A stretch of DNA of 64,000 bases from Malacoraja senta (Eukaryota), in NCBI GenBank assembly GCA_038087875.1, contig JAXLNO010004041.1:1-64000 (forward strand), in the 5' to 3' direction. The notes beneath the pieces were generated by a model. The model had not been told where the DNA came from and searched no databases. It saw nothing but the letters and a program-made list of their open reading frames with translations. The position numbers and the translations under genes were made by a program. Positions 24,001 to 34,960 of this stretch are shown here, in pieces; positions within the stretch are counted from its first letter, which is position 1, and each line of letters opens with the position of its first letter.

Positions 24001-26173
24001 AGTTTATAACCAGAAAAACTACTGAATTGATTAAGTAATGCTACTATTGCCGGAATAGATTTCTCAGGGTTAGAAATAAATAATAACAGATCATCTGCAT
24101 CAAGAGATATCTTATGTGTCTTATTCCCGCGGACAATACCAAAAATATTAGGGGATTCCCTAATAGCAGTGGCTAAAGTTTCCAAAGCAATATCAAATAG
24201 TAAAGGACTTAAGGGACAGCCCTGTCTAGTACCTTGAAAGAGCCTGAAAAAAAGGGGATCTCTGATTATTAGTAAATACAGAAGCCTGAGGTATAAGATA
24301 TAGCAGTTTGATCCAAGAGATACATTTTGGACCAATCTTAACTTTTTCAAGTATATTGAATAAGTATTCCATTCTACTCTATCAATAGCCTTCTCGGCAT
24401 CAAGTGAGATGACACATTCTGGGGTTTTATTAGACGCTGTATATACAATATTTATTAATCTCCTAACATTAAAGAATGAGTAACGATTTTTAATAAAACC
24501 TGTCTGATCTTCAGAGATAATTTGCGGTAAAATCTATTCCAATCTCATAGGTAATATTTTGGAATGAATTTTAAAATCTACATTTAACATTGATATAGGT
24601 TTATATGATGTCACTTCAGTAGGGTCTTTATCTTTTTTTTAAATTAAAGAAATAAAAGCTTCATAAAAAGATTGTGGTAATCTATTCCTTAAAAAGGCTT
24701 CTTTAAATACCTTGCATAGCCATTGAGACAATAAATTTGAGAAATACTTTAAAAATTCTACTGTTAACCCATCTAAACCGGGAGCTTTACCAGAATTCTG
24801 TATTTCTTCTTTCGTGATGGGTTCATCTAACAACAGAGACTCATTGTATGGTAAATTTGGTAAGTTCAGTTTCTTTAAAAACTCATGCATTATATTGGAA
24901 TCAGTAGGAAAATCTGATTGGTATAGGGAGGTATAAAATTCCTGAAAGGATTTATTAATTTCGTCATGGTCTACAGTTACTGTACCATCCCGTTTACTCA
25001 CTTTAGTAATCTGACGCTTGGCCAACACTGCTTCAATTGATTAGCAAGTAATTTACCAGATTTATAGCCATTTATATAAAATTTACTTTTGGTTTTAAGC
25101 AACTGGTTCTCAATCGGTGATACTAATAACAAATCATATCTCAATTGAAGTTCAACTCTATTCTTATAGAGCTCTAAACTAGGAGCTTTTGAATATTTTT
25201 TATCAATTTCTTTAATCTCGTCAGCCAATGTGCGTATTCCTTTTTGTGTTTGTTTTTTTAATCCCGCGGAGTATGAAATAATTTGTCCACGAATATATGC
25301 CTTAAAAGCATCCCAAACTATACCATTGGATATCTCTTCATTAGAGTTTGTCAAGAAGTAAAAAGCAATCTGATCTTTCATAAACTTAATAAAGTTTAAG
25401 TCTTGAAGCAAAGTAGCATTAAATCGCCATTGTTTAGCACTAAACTTGGAATCAGGTAGTTTGATCAATAGTTTCACTGGTGCATGATCAGAAATAGCAA
25501 TTGTATCATACTCGCATGCAACGACCGATGGAACTAGCCGAGAATCTAGTATAAAATAGTCGATCCTAGAATAATTATGAAATACATGAGAGAAAAATGA
25601 AAATTCTTTGTCATTTGCGTGTAAGAATCTCCAAATTTCTAACATTCCCGAGTCAAGTAAAAAAGAATTAAAAAAATTAGCTGATATATTTGGAAGCACA
25701 TGAACAGATGTAGACCTATCAATGGAGGGATTCAAACAGCAATTGAAGTCTCCATCCATTATTAAAAAGTGTTCATTTAAATTAGGAAAGGATGCAATTA
25801 ACTGTTTAAAAAACTCAGGGTGATCAATATTTGGTGCATAGACATTCACCAAAGCCACTTTTTGCCTAAAAAGGACAGCGGTAATCACCAAGAATCTGCC
25901 ATATGGATCAGAAATTGTTTCATGGTAAACAAACGGAATTGAGGAGTCAATAAAAATAGAGACTACCTTTCACCTTAGCCTGTAAATTTGAATGAAACTG
26001 CTGTCCTCTCCAAAACTTGAAAAATCGTGACTTGTCATCTTGCCTTACATGAGTTTGCTGAACAAAGATAATCTGAGCATTAAGTCTGTGAAGAACTTTA
26101 AAAAAAAAATCCTCTTAATGGGATGGTTCAAGCCATTCACATTCCATGAAAGGATATTAGTAACTTTATCCAT
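21074..26173 (-). pseudogene. L1 ORF2 (APE-RT-zf-RVT), disrupted by frameshifts, stops and an L2 insertion
   Basis: MDKVTNILSWNVNGLN start at 26173; GDFNC, SRIDYF, ISDHAPV, GKAPGLDG, GTRQGCPLSP, LDADD, HRAHMSK...CDRC...HMFWSC; ends KTWGKFIEHFQTT-stop at 21074. Confidence 0.9.
22449..23816 (-). mobile_element. L2-clade LINE 3' fragment inserted into L1 ORF2, 5-bp TSD ATTTA
   Basis: HAFISSRLDHCNSLL, LQLVQNAAARL, LHWLP, AFSRAAPRLWNSLP; 3' end TGTAAAGCGACTTTGAG...GAAAAG with (TTA)n tail. ATTTA at 22444-48 and 23817-21. Removing the insert restores L1 ...HQFTK|WSPKSL. Confidence 0.93.
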
Positions 26174-26485
26174 ATTGCTTGTAAAAATCATGTGGGATGT
26201 AATGGGTTAATTTCATGAAGCCTAAAAGTTCATAATACTGGATGTAGAAAAGACCCCTCCCCCCTCCCCCCCTCCCACCCCCCACACCTGTAGAACCCCA
26301 AACTGACCAATAGACAGTCAGCAAACTACCTAATCCCCTCCCCGATCCCATCTCTCCCAGTAACAGCGCTCAGCATAAAAAGAATAATATTTAACCACTA
26401 CGTCATAACACATTCGTTATTATCTCTTTGAGAGAGAAGGAAAAAAATACAGACTGGCATGGAATGCTGCTTATTATTATTCAAG

Positions 26486-27332
26486 GTCAGGGTAGGGGGC
26501 GCTGCTCTGGGCAGCAGCCATGTCAGTTTTTTCAACTTGTTCTTATTTTTTAGTATGTTTTAAAGTATGTATGGTGTGTTTCGTTGTGTGTCTTGTGCGG
26601 GGGGGTGGTGTGGGGGGGGCAAGGGGGGAAATCGATTCGGTCGCCTCCTCCATGGAGAGGCGACTTTTTCCAGGTCGCCTCCCCTGTGGCCTAACATCAA
26701 GGATCGGCGCGGCCTTTCCCGGAGACGCGCCCGGGGCTTCTCTCGGCGTGGAGCGGGTGAGCCCTCGCTGGGGCTCGCTGGAGGGGAGCGCTCCGTTTCA
26801 CTGGCCCGGGGCAGCCGGCAGCCTGAAGTCGCAGCCTGAAGCCACGGTCTGCAGAGCTCCAGCTGGTGCGGCGTCTACAGCCCGGGATCCCTCGTGGGGG
26901 ACCCGGGGGAAGAAGAAGCCATCACTGCCGGCCCGCGGCCAACTTCTACCGCGGGGCCGGCATGGACTTACCAACACCCCTGCAGGGGAGCTTCGACCGC
27001 CGGCCCTGCAGTCTACGGTGCTTCTGGCTGCGGCGGAGACTTTAAATCTCGACAGCCAGCCTGCGGCCTACAGCAACTTAAAGCCGCGGTCTCCGGTGAG
27101 GAAGAGCCGATCCTGGACTGACTCTGGACTCTGGTCCTGTCCACGGAGGGGAAATGGAGGAGGATTGGCCAAATTTTTGTGCCTTCCACCACAGTGTTGT
27201 ATGCTGTGGTGGATGTTTGTGTTACATTTTTTTTATTGTGGTTGTGTGTTCTTTATTATTGTATCGCTGTTGACAACCCAAAAATTCCACCAGCTTGGCT
27301 GTGTGGTCAGTAAAATACTATACTATACTATA
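26486..27332 (+). mobile_element. GC-rich non-coding ~850-bp retroelement (E1) in the L1 inter-ORF spacer
   Basis: GC head, T-rich tract, G tract, GC body, 3' hairpin, Rex1-like 3' end with (CTATA)n tail. 5' boundary is approximate and no TSD was found. Confidence 0.65.
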
Positions 27333-27545
27333 TGAAAAACAAGAACTGCGTTCTCTTAGTTTGTCTAACGACAGGGGAACAGAAATTAACAAAGAAATTC
27401 TTAAAAGAATATATATAAAAGAAAAACAACTCGTCCAGTTAAATTCTTAATCATTACCAAACGAAATGTTGTCAAAATAGGAACAGTAAATCTCCAAGTA
27501 TAACTTAATCAGCTATCAATTACTCCACTTCCTCGTCGTAGCTCT

Positions 27546-28362
27546 TCAGACACAGCTGGAGGCGTCTTGAGGACTGTTAAAAAATCGAAAGTTACCATTG
27601 AAAAGCCGAATACGCAATCTAGCTGGTGATAATAAAGCTGGGCGCAGTTTTTTTCTTATACAAAGCAGACATTACATTATAAAAAGTCTTTCTTATTTCC
27701 AAAAGCTCGTAACTATAATCAGGGACAAACCGAAACTTACATCCTTCATATTCAACCACACCAAACTTTTTTGCTGCCTGGAGAATATTCTCCTTCATTT
27801 GAAAAAAATGAAACCGAATGATCAAGTGTCTCGGTTTATTACCGGATCTCTTCCCAATCCTGTGTGCGTTATCCATGAACGGAAGGTTTTCATTGTGCTC
27901 AATGTTGAATGTTTCCTTTATCATTTTAGCAGCATATTTGATAACGTTATTTCCTTCTTGGAATTCCGGCAAACCAACAATTCGTAAATTCAAACGATAG
28001 CTTCTGTTTTCTAAGTCCATATTTTTAGACTTGTATTGCTGAAGTGCTCAAGTGTTTTCATTCATTCTCCGTTCCAATATTTCAATCTTCAAATCTCTCT
28101 CCCGTCCCAGGGTGCGCAAGATATCAATTTGATCCTTTTGTTCACGAAGTTCATCTTGTAACAAAGACAGTTTTCCTTGGACTTCTTTCACCATTTCTTC
28201 CAAACTGCCAAATCTTGTTTTCATTTCATTTTTCAGCTCATTTTTCAATTCATCGTTCATTTTCGATATTGCTTCTATGGTGCTGGAATCAGAAGCTGCA
28301 GCTGTGGTTGTGGCTTTCGCCAGTTCCTTCTTTGGGGATCCTCCTTTCCTTCTTACCTCCAT
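27546..28362 (-). pseudogene. L1 ORF1 (coiled coil + RRM/CTD), disrupted
   Basis: MEVRRKGG start, coiled coil, DLENRSYRLNLRIVGLPE, AHRIG, PRHLIIRF, FVPDYS, PARLRI. Confidence 0.9.
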
Positions 28363-29059
28363 CCTTTTCACGATTAAGGCGTGTAAAAGTGTTATCAACA
28401 CGTTATGAACAGTTAGACGGTGTCTTGAAGTCAAATAGTCACCAGTAACATTGAAAGAGTGGTCAGTGGAAGTTCAAAGTTAAGGGAGCAAACGCGTTTG
28501 CAACCTTACAGCATGCTGCCACTAGGAGAGTCTAGTTATTGAAATGTTATTGATGTTCATGATTATTCTGTTCTTTGTGCCTGGCCATTTTGACTTTGTC
28601 ACATTTTACTTGGTTTATGATATTGTACAAGATTTGCAATCACACCTCCCAATTGACTAAAATAATCCCAATTAACTAAATGCCTACTATGGCATTTAAA
28701 TTATTGCATTATATTCAGTGCAGGGTAGAAGCTGCAGTTTTTAAAAAGGGCAAGTTTTTATTACATACTATGTGGTGTGTGCCTGGAAAGCACTGACAGG
28801 GATGGTGGCGTCTGGGGTGCACCTTCGTGGGTGCATGGAGATGCAGGGGTTTGAGGGACATGAATCATTTGCAGGCAGATGCTGCCTAACTGATGTCTGT
28901 CTGACTGATCTGGAGGGATCTGATGGTCAGGCAGGGAATATTTCCAGTGACCCAATGGTGCTGAGTTCGCTGAATTTTACGATGAATGGGAATGCCCCGG
29001 TAATAGAGGAACAGGTCCTTTGTCCAACAATGTTTGTGCTGAACATGACGCAACCTGAG

Positions 29060-29570
29060 GCACAGTGGCGCTGCTGATAGAGCTGCTGCCTCAGTGCGTC
29101 ATACACATCAGTTCAATCCTAACCTCGGTTGTCGGCTGTGTGAAGTTTGCATGTATTCCCTATGACCGCATGGGTTTCCACTGTCCTCCAGTTTCCACAC
29201 ACACACTAAAGATGCCAGGTTTTATGGGTTAATTGGTCTCTGTAATTTGACCCTAGTGTGGAAGCGAAAGTTAGATAACATAGAACTTGTGTGAACGAAA
29301 CTATTTGAAGGAGTATTGAGTTTTTTGTTTAGTTTAGAGAGAGAGCATTGAAACAGACACTTCGGCCCCACTGAGTCTGCACCAACCAATGATCACCCAC
29401 ATAAGCTAGGGACACAAGTCAATTAACCTACAAACCTGCACATCTGTCTTTGGAATGTGGGAGGAAATTGGAGCACCTGGAGAAAACCTATGCAGTCACA
29501 GGGAGAAGGTACAAATTCCGTACAGACATCACCCGTGGTCAGGATCAAACCCAGGTGTCTGGCACTGTGC
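29060..29570. mobile_element. Tail-to-tail SINE pair (+ ~29060-29310, - ~29325-29570)
   Basis: SINE cores in opposite orientation. Confidence 0.75.
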
Positions 29571-29702
29571 CTTTATATCTGGAAGGAAGAAGTTATGTGG
29601 GATGAATCAACAGTTAAAGCGAATAAACTAGTTGCATCTTTCTGAGTTCTGTTCTCTGCTATGCCATTTCTTTGTTGTCTAATATTTAATTTCCCCCCTC
29701 AG

Positions 29703-29743
29703 ATTATCAAAATATTCAACCAAAGCAGAACGTGCACTGCTAA
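29703..29743 (+). CDS. Candidate terminal cytoplasmic exon of the MHC class I-like gene
   Basis: Strong acceptor CTAATATTTAATTTCCCCCCTCAG. Phase-1 join to the TM exon gives DYQNIQPKQNVHC-stop. AATAAA at 29795-29800. Could be chance. Confidence 0.3.
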
Positions 29744-30718
29744 CCAATCGCTGAGTAGAAGATTTCATGGATGTGATTAAAATGCAGGAACTGAAATAAA
29801 TGGAAAGAGTTAAATTAAGTTTATCAAACATGACAGAAATTCTCAATAGACTGCCCTGCATTTGTACAAATTAGAGCTATCTAGCAATTTATGTTGATAA
29901 CAGCTGATATGACTGATGCTTCAACTCCTTTACTGTGCTTATTCCACACGACACAATTCCCTGGTCTTTTAGAATATATCCACGCATTATCCATCAATTC
30001 ACCACCACATCATGCCTCTTTAATACATTCATAAGGTTAACTCTGTTTCTTGTCATCTCCAAGGAACACAGAACCAGTGATTTCAGCCATTCATGGTTAG
30101 GCAACACTTGCTTATTCCAGAAATCTCATTAAGCTGATATCAAATATTAATATATCCTTTCTTAAATTTGAGGACCAAGCTGTGCACAGTGCTCCTGATA
30201 TGTCCTTAGCAACATCATGTACCATAATTACAATAGTAACCTACCTTTGAATGCTAATCACCTTCTGAGTTGTGTGCTGCATCTACCTGCTGGCTTTTTG
30301 TTCTGCATTTAAGCACTTGAATCTCTTGTACTCCACTCATTTGCAATTTCACTCCATTTACATAAAAGCTTCCTTTGAATTGCTCTTACCAGAGTGTGTG
30401 AGCACATATTTTCCATTATTAAACTCCATTTGCCATGTTTATGTTCATCTAACAAAGAGTCATAGAGCCATATAGCATGGAAGTAGGTACTTCAGCCTAG
30501 TGCTCCTAGCTGAACAAGATGCTACGTCTAAGTTAGTCGCATTTGCCAGCGTTTGGCCCACTTTCCTCTCAACATGTTCTATCCAAGTACCTGTCCAAGT
30601 GTCTTTTCAATGTTGTTATTATACCTTCGCTGGCAGCTCATTCCATACACCCAGTAACCTCTTAGTAGAAAAGGTTGCCTCTCAGGTTCCTACTAAATCT
30701 TCCTCCTCACCTTAAACC

Positions 30719-31012
30719 CAGGGGTGCAGTGCTGCCGGAGCTCACCTGAGCACCGATCCGGCACCTCTGTTAAAGAAAAAATAAACAGCGTGGAATTTTA
30801 ACTAGCGGATGTGTGGTCGGGGTACCGTGATTAAAAGAGGGGTAAGGGGAAGATCCATCACTACTGAGGTTCCCTGTAGGAGGGGGGACACTATGATGCA
30901 GCAGAGTCAGACCATGTGATGTGTGCATAGTTTGTGGTTGTGGGCCGGGAGCTGAGCATGGAACTCTGGTGGGTGGGTGAGTGGGTGGGTGTGTAGGTGA
31001 ATGGGTGTGAGG

Positions 31013-31045
<33 letters not shown>

Positions 31046-31356
31046 GGCCCAGAGCTGCAGGATAGTCAGGGCGAGTCAGTGTCTTGCCGGCACCTCTGTA
31101 AAAATACATGATAACCGTCTTTTTCTTTACTTGCTTCATAATTATATTTCATGAGAATCAGTGAGTGCAACCGTGCAATATTTTGGCATAATTAAATTAA
31201 GTATTATATGTTTTAATGTACTAGCTATACACTGGGATGTAGTAATAGACTATAATCTTGTTTGACCCCCTAGGGAGACTAGCTTGCCCCCCCAGCAAAA
31301 TCTGAAATGCCCCTGTTTGACAGCTCCGGCACCTAAAAAATTAGCATTGAACACTG
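30719..31356. mobile_element. hAT-family MITE with 8-bp TSD CTTAAACC
   Basis: CTTAAACC at 30711-18 and 31357-64. Imperfect TIRs CAGGGGTGCAGTGCT / CAGTGTTCAATGCT (rc). CCGGCACCT motif occurs three times. Contains a (GT)n tract and splits a CR1 remnant. Confidence 0.8.
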
Positions 31357-31544
31357 CTTAAACCTGTTTTTGCTGGTTCTTGATTACCCTACCCTGGGTA
31401 AAATAAATCCTGGTCAATCGCCCTCATGATTTTAGAAAGCTCTCTAAGCACCAATTAAATGGTTTCAATTATAGATAGAGTAAGACTTTGTGGTTATTTC
31501 CAACAAGAATTTTAGACTAAAGAAAGGCCAGTGGAAGTACTTGG

Positions 31545-31830
31545 TCAAACAGCATCTGTGGAGGCAAATGGCATATACCAACATTTCAAGTCAAGGCACT
31601 GCATTAGAATTGAAGGAGAGGATGGGAAGATTCTAACAGTTTGAAGGAGGAATGGGGCAGAGGCTGGTAAGTGGCAGGTGGAATCAGCTGCGGAGGGGAT
31701 GATGGGCAGATGGAGTAAAGTTGGTGTATGGGTGGTTGTGGGAGAACAAATGAACACCAGTGGTATGGATAAGCTGAAATGTGAAAACTTTATATTCATA
31801 CCATCGGCTTGTAAGTTACCCAGGTGGATT
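31545..31830 (-). mobile_element. Old PLE 3' end (GIY-YIG terminus, 3' UTR, degenerate hammerhead)
   Basis: Minus strand AATATCTGATAATCCACCTGGGTAACTTACAAGCCGATGGTATGAATAT corresponds to the HLIFRLGxLQPxGMNI end of PLE ORFs. Confidence 0.6.
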
Positions 31831-33633
31831 ATCAGATATTTTACTTAAAACTTTCTGTGCCCAAGGTTAACGACAGATGGGTCAGTGTGAGAGTGGGAAG
31901 GGGTATTAAAATACCATACAACAGATCTCAGGATGATCTTTACTTCAAAGGGATATGCTCTACAAAATGGTTGACATCTAAGCTACAGTCATTATTGGAT
32001 AGAATATATTTTGTTTTAACACTGCATTTAGTCTGAGACACAGCACCAATAAATGTTGTTACATAACGCTTGGTTATTTGATGATGTCAAAAGTCTTGAT
32101 TGTTTGTACTTTGTACATTTCTAATCTAATGCAAAGAATGTATCATCCATATGAACATAAAATTGTCCACAGTGACTGGTGGTGCAGAGATCAAGTTCAT
32201 TTTATGTGGCTCATTTGGTACAAGTTCTGCTCTTGAGATTTCACCTAATAATAGTTGCCTGTAGAATGTGCTTGATGAATAGACCATTGCGTATAAGATT
32301 TTTGGAAATAGATTGGCATGAAATCCAGGTAAACACATTGGATTGCATGCTGTTTTATAGTGGCTTCATGTTGAGAAGTAAAGGCAAGATGTATGGAATG
32401 TGCAAGATATAATATGAAAGATATAATATGCAAGGCGCAAAATTAAATTGTTGTTAAGAAAATGTAAGGCCTCCATTTATTTGCAACAGCATCAATCACC
32501 GTTATCTTACGTCAAAGTTGATTTTGTATTTTTTAAAGAATGAATGGGAACAAAATGATCAAAAATGAATTGGCAGTCAAAGTAATACAAGGTTGTAGTG
32601 GAGACAAGTGTGTAGGAACAGGCCACTCTGCCGATCCTGCCAATACTGCTGCATATAGTCCACATGACCCTCTTCCCACCTTATGCGATCTGCAACATGG
32701 TTGGCAAGTCTATGCTGGATTCTCCAATGTAGAACCGACTGTTCTTTTCTCTTTTGTGTTTGCCCAGCCTTCCCCTAAATGCAATTCATTGATCTGGATC
32801 CTCATTCTCACCTGTATTGCGTGGGAGGGGAGGAGAGGGAGCATTCTCTGTAGAATTCCCTGCTGGACTTTATGGTGGAAATGTTTTAACCATAGTGATT
32901 CATTTAAAAGCGTTATGTATTTTAATATCACCCTTCAGCCACTTCTCAAAGGGGTGGAGGGCAGGGGGTGGACGACTTACCCAGGGACATTCGATGACCG
33001 TGTTTTGTTTATTTTATCCAAACATTTTTTAATATAGATTAATATAGTATTCTTTTTTTGTATCTTGGGTAAGCACATTGAAATAGCAATGGATGGCGTG
33101 TTCAGAAAATTATTTCTGATTTGTCCTCGCTTTGTGAACACCAAACCAATGTATGCATCTGCAAAAAGGCATTGGCACCAGGGTCTCGGTTCCTTTTAAG
33201 CATCCCAGTTACCATGTTCTTCGATGCAGAGGAAATGTGGCCACGATAAATACAAAAATGTTGAAATGCAGAATATAAAAGTAATAGGACTTCAGGCATT
33301 TGAGCCTCAACTATTATTCCATGTGATCAATTGTGACCTAAAATGTATACCTTGATCCTTTTATTTCTCTGATCCTTTGACCATACAAATAACATATAAC
33401 TCCTTGTATAAATTCAATGATCTATGTTCAACTGCTTCCAGTGGTATAACATTCCACACGTTCATCATTCTGTGGGAGAAGTAATCGCTCTTCATCTCAA
33501 CTTGAAGCCTGATCATCAGATTGTGACCACTGGGTCCTGAACTGACCGGATTTCCCTCTTGAATATATGTATACATACATATATACACATATATGTGTGT
33601 GTGTGTGTACCTGTGAGTATGTGTATATATATA

Positions 33634-33747
33634 TCCCAGATAGTACAATAAAATTCTTACTCACCGCAGCACAATGGAATAAGTAAACATAGTACATGGT
33701 AAACAATATGAAAAACGAGAAAGAGAAAAACAAAATCAGTGTGCATA

Positions 33748-33820
<73 letters not shown>

Positions 33821-33925
33821 TGATTTTGTTTTTCTCTTTCTCGTTTTTCATATTGTTTACCATGTACTATGTTTACTTATTCCATTGTGCTGCAGTGAGT
33901 AAGAATTGTATTGTACTATCTGGGA
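33634..33925. repeat. 292-bp palindrome: 113-bp arms around an (AT)n core
   Basis: 33634-33746 is the reverse complement of 33813-33925 with 2 mismatches. The right arm continues into a Rex1-like 3' tail. Confidence 0.95.
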
Positions 33926-34715
33926 CATATGACAATAAAACACTCTTGACTCTCTTGAATCTGTACAGACCCATAAGAATGTTGTAGTTGATTTTGAATG
34001 GTCTTAATCACAATGTAAAACTAATCGCCCAAATCGCCCTTCATACAACAGTCCTCGCATCCTCTCATCATTATTGACAATCCACATGATAATTCCTCTT
34101 GCCAAACAATATGATGAGAACCATTTCCGTTCACATGACATATAACACTTCCTGAACATGGAACATGAAACATTGAACAGGAGCATCGACCAACCGTGTC
34201 CGTGCAAACATTGGCTTTGTTGCCTGTGGCCGCGTGAGATTCCTCCAGGAGCGACGGATTCCTCCCACGCCCGAAATACCTGCGGATTTGCAGGTTAACT
34301 CGCCTACGTAACATTGTCGCCAGTGTGTAGGGAGTTAATGAGCAATTGGAATAACATGGCACTAGTGTCAACGGTTTATTGGTGCTCGGCGTGGCCTCGG
34401 TTTACATGCTGTATCGCTAAAGTAAATGAGTACTGTACAGGAACTGGTCCATTGGTCTACAATGTCTGTCCCAGACATAACGCCATTTAAAAAAATATAT
34501 AATCACATTTGCACTTGGTCCATGTCCTCCGATTCCTGCCTATCTCCGAGCCTGTCTAAATGCCACTGGATGTGCTGGAAAATGATTCGATTGAGTAGTT
34601 TCGATCTTCGGCGTAATTTGTAGGATAGTAACTCAAGCAATAAATAATAGCGCACATATCTTTAAAAGTAAGGTCCAGACGGCGGAACATCGCCAGGAAA
34701 TAACATAGGGCTTAC

Positions 34716-34785
34716 CAGGAACACCAATGATAACAAGGATAGGGTAGAAAACGTTTTCTACCTGGTTGAGTACCGGCAGTGCCAT
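34716..34785 (-). pseudogene. Orphan duplicate exon 1 of the GPR139-like GPCR
   Basis: MALPVLNQVENVFYPILVIIGVP|GTAAG, 61/70 nt identical to 42592-42661. Flanking homology spans ~33990-35480 vs ~41980-43330. No exon 2 was found downstream. Confidence 0.85.
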
Positions 34786-34891
34786 GCCAGAGATAATCGA
34801 CGTTTTCTGACAGTGGTTTGACAGGCGCTTGTTTTTAAAGTCAGTCGCGGATTCTCCAGATAAACCACATGACGTCTAATCACGGTAAATC

Positions 34892-34960
34892 AATTGGGAT
34901 TAGTGTTAATCATTTAAACAAACAATGTCAGCCAGATCACGTTTGCTACTGCTAATCATG
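34892..34960 (-). promoter_or_regulatory. Conserved upstream block of GPCR copy A
   Basis: 61/69 identical to 42773-42841, clearly above the flanking non-coding DNA. Contains TAATCC and TGTTTGTTTA motifs. Confidence 0.45.

Larger units (their letters stand above)
20585..28535 (-). mobile_element. Full-length decayed L1-clade LINE with two nested insertions
   Basis: 5' end CTCTCCTAGTGGCAGCATG near 28530, ORF1, inter-ORF spacer, ORF2, T-rich 3' UTR and A-rich tail near 20585-20615. Confidence 0.92.

Noticed and set aside
32000-33300. Several 60-165 aa ORFs where exon 2 of GPCR copy A might lie
   Set aside because: No GPCR motifs or nucleotide similarity to 40223-41133 in any frame I could read.
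33361-33987. ORFs with YIYIYI runs on both strands
   Set aside because: Translation artefacts of the (AT)n palindrome.
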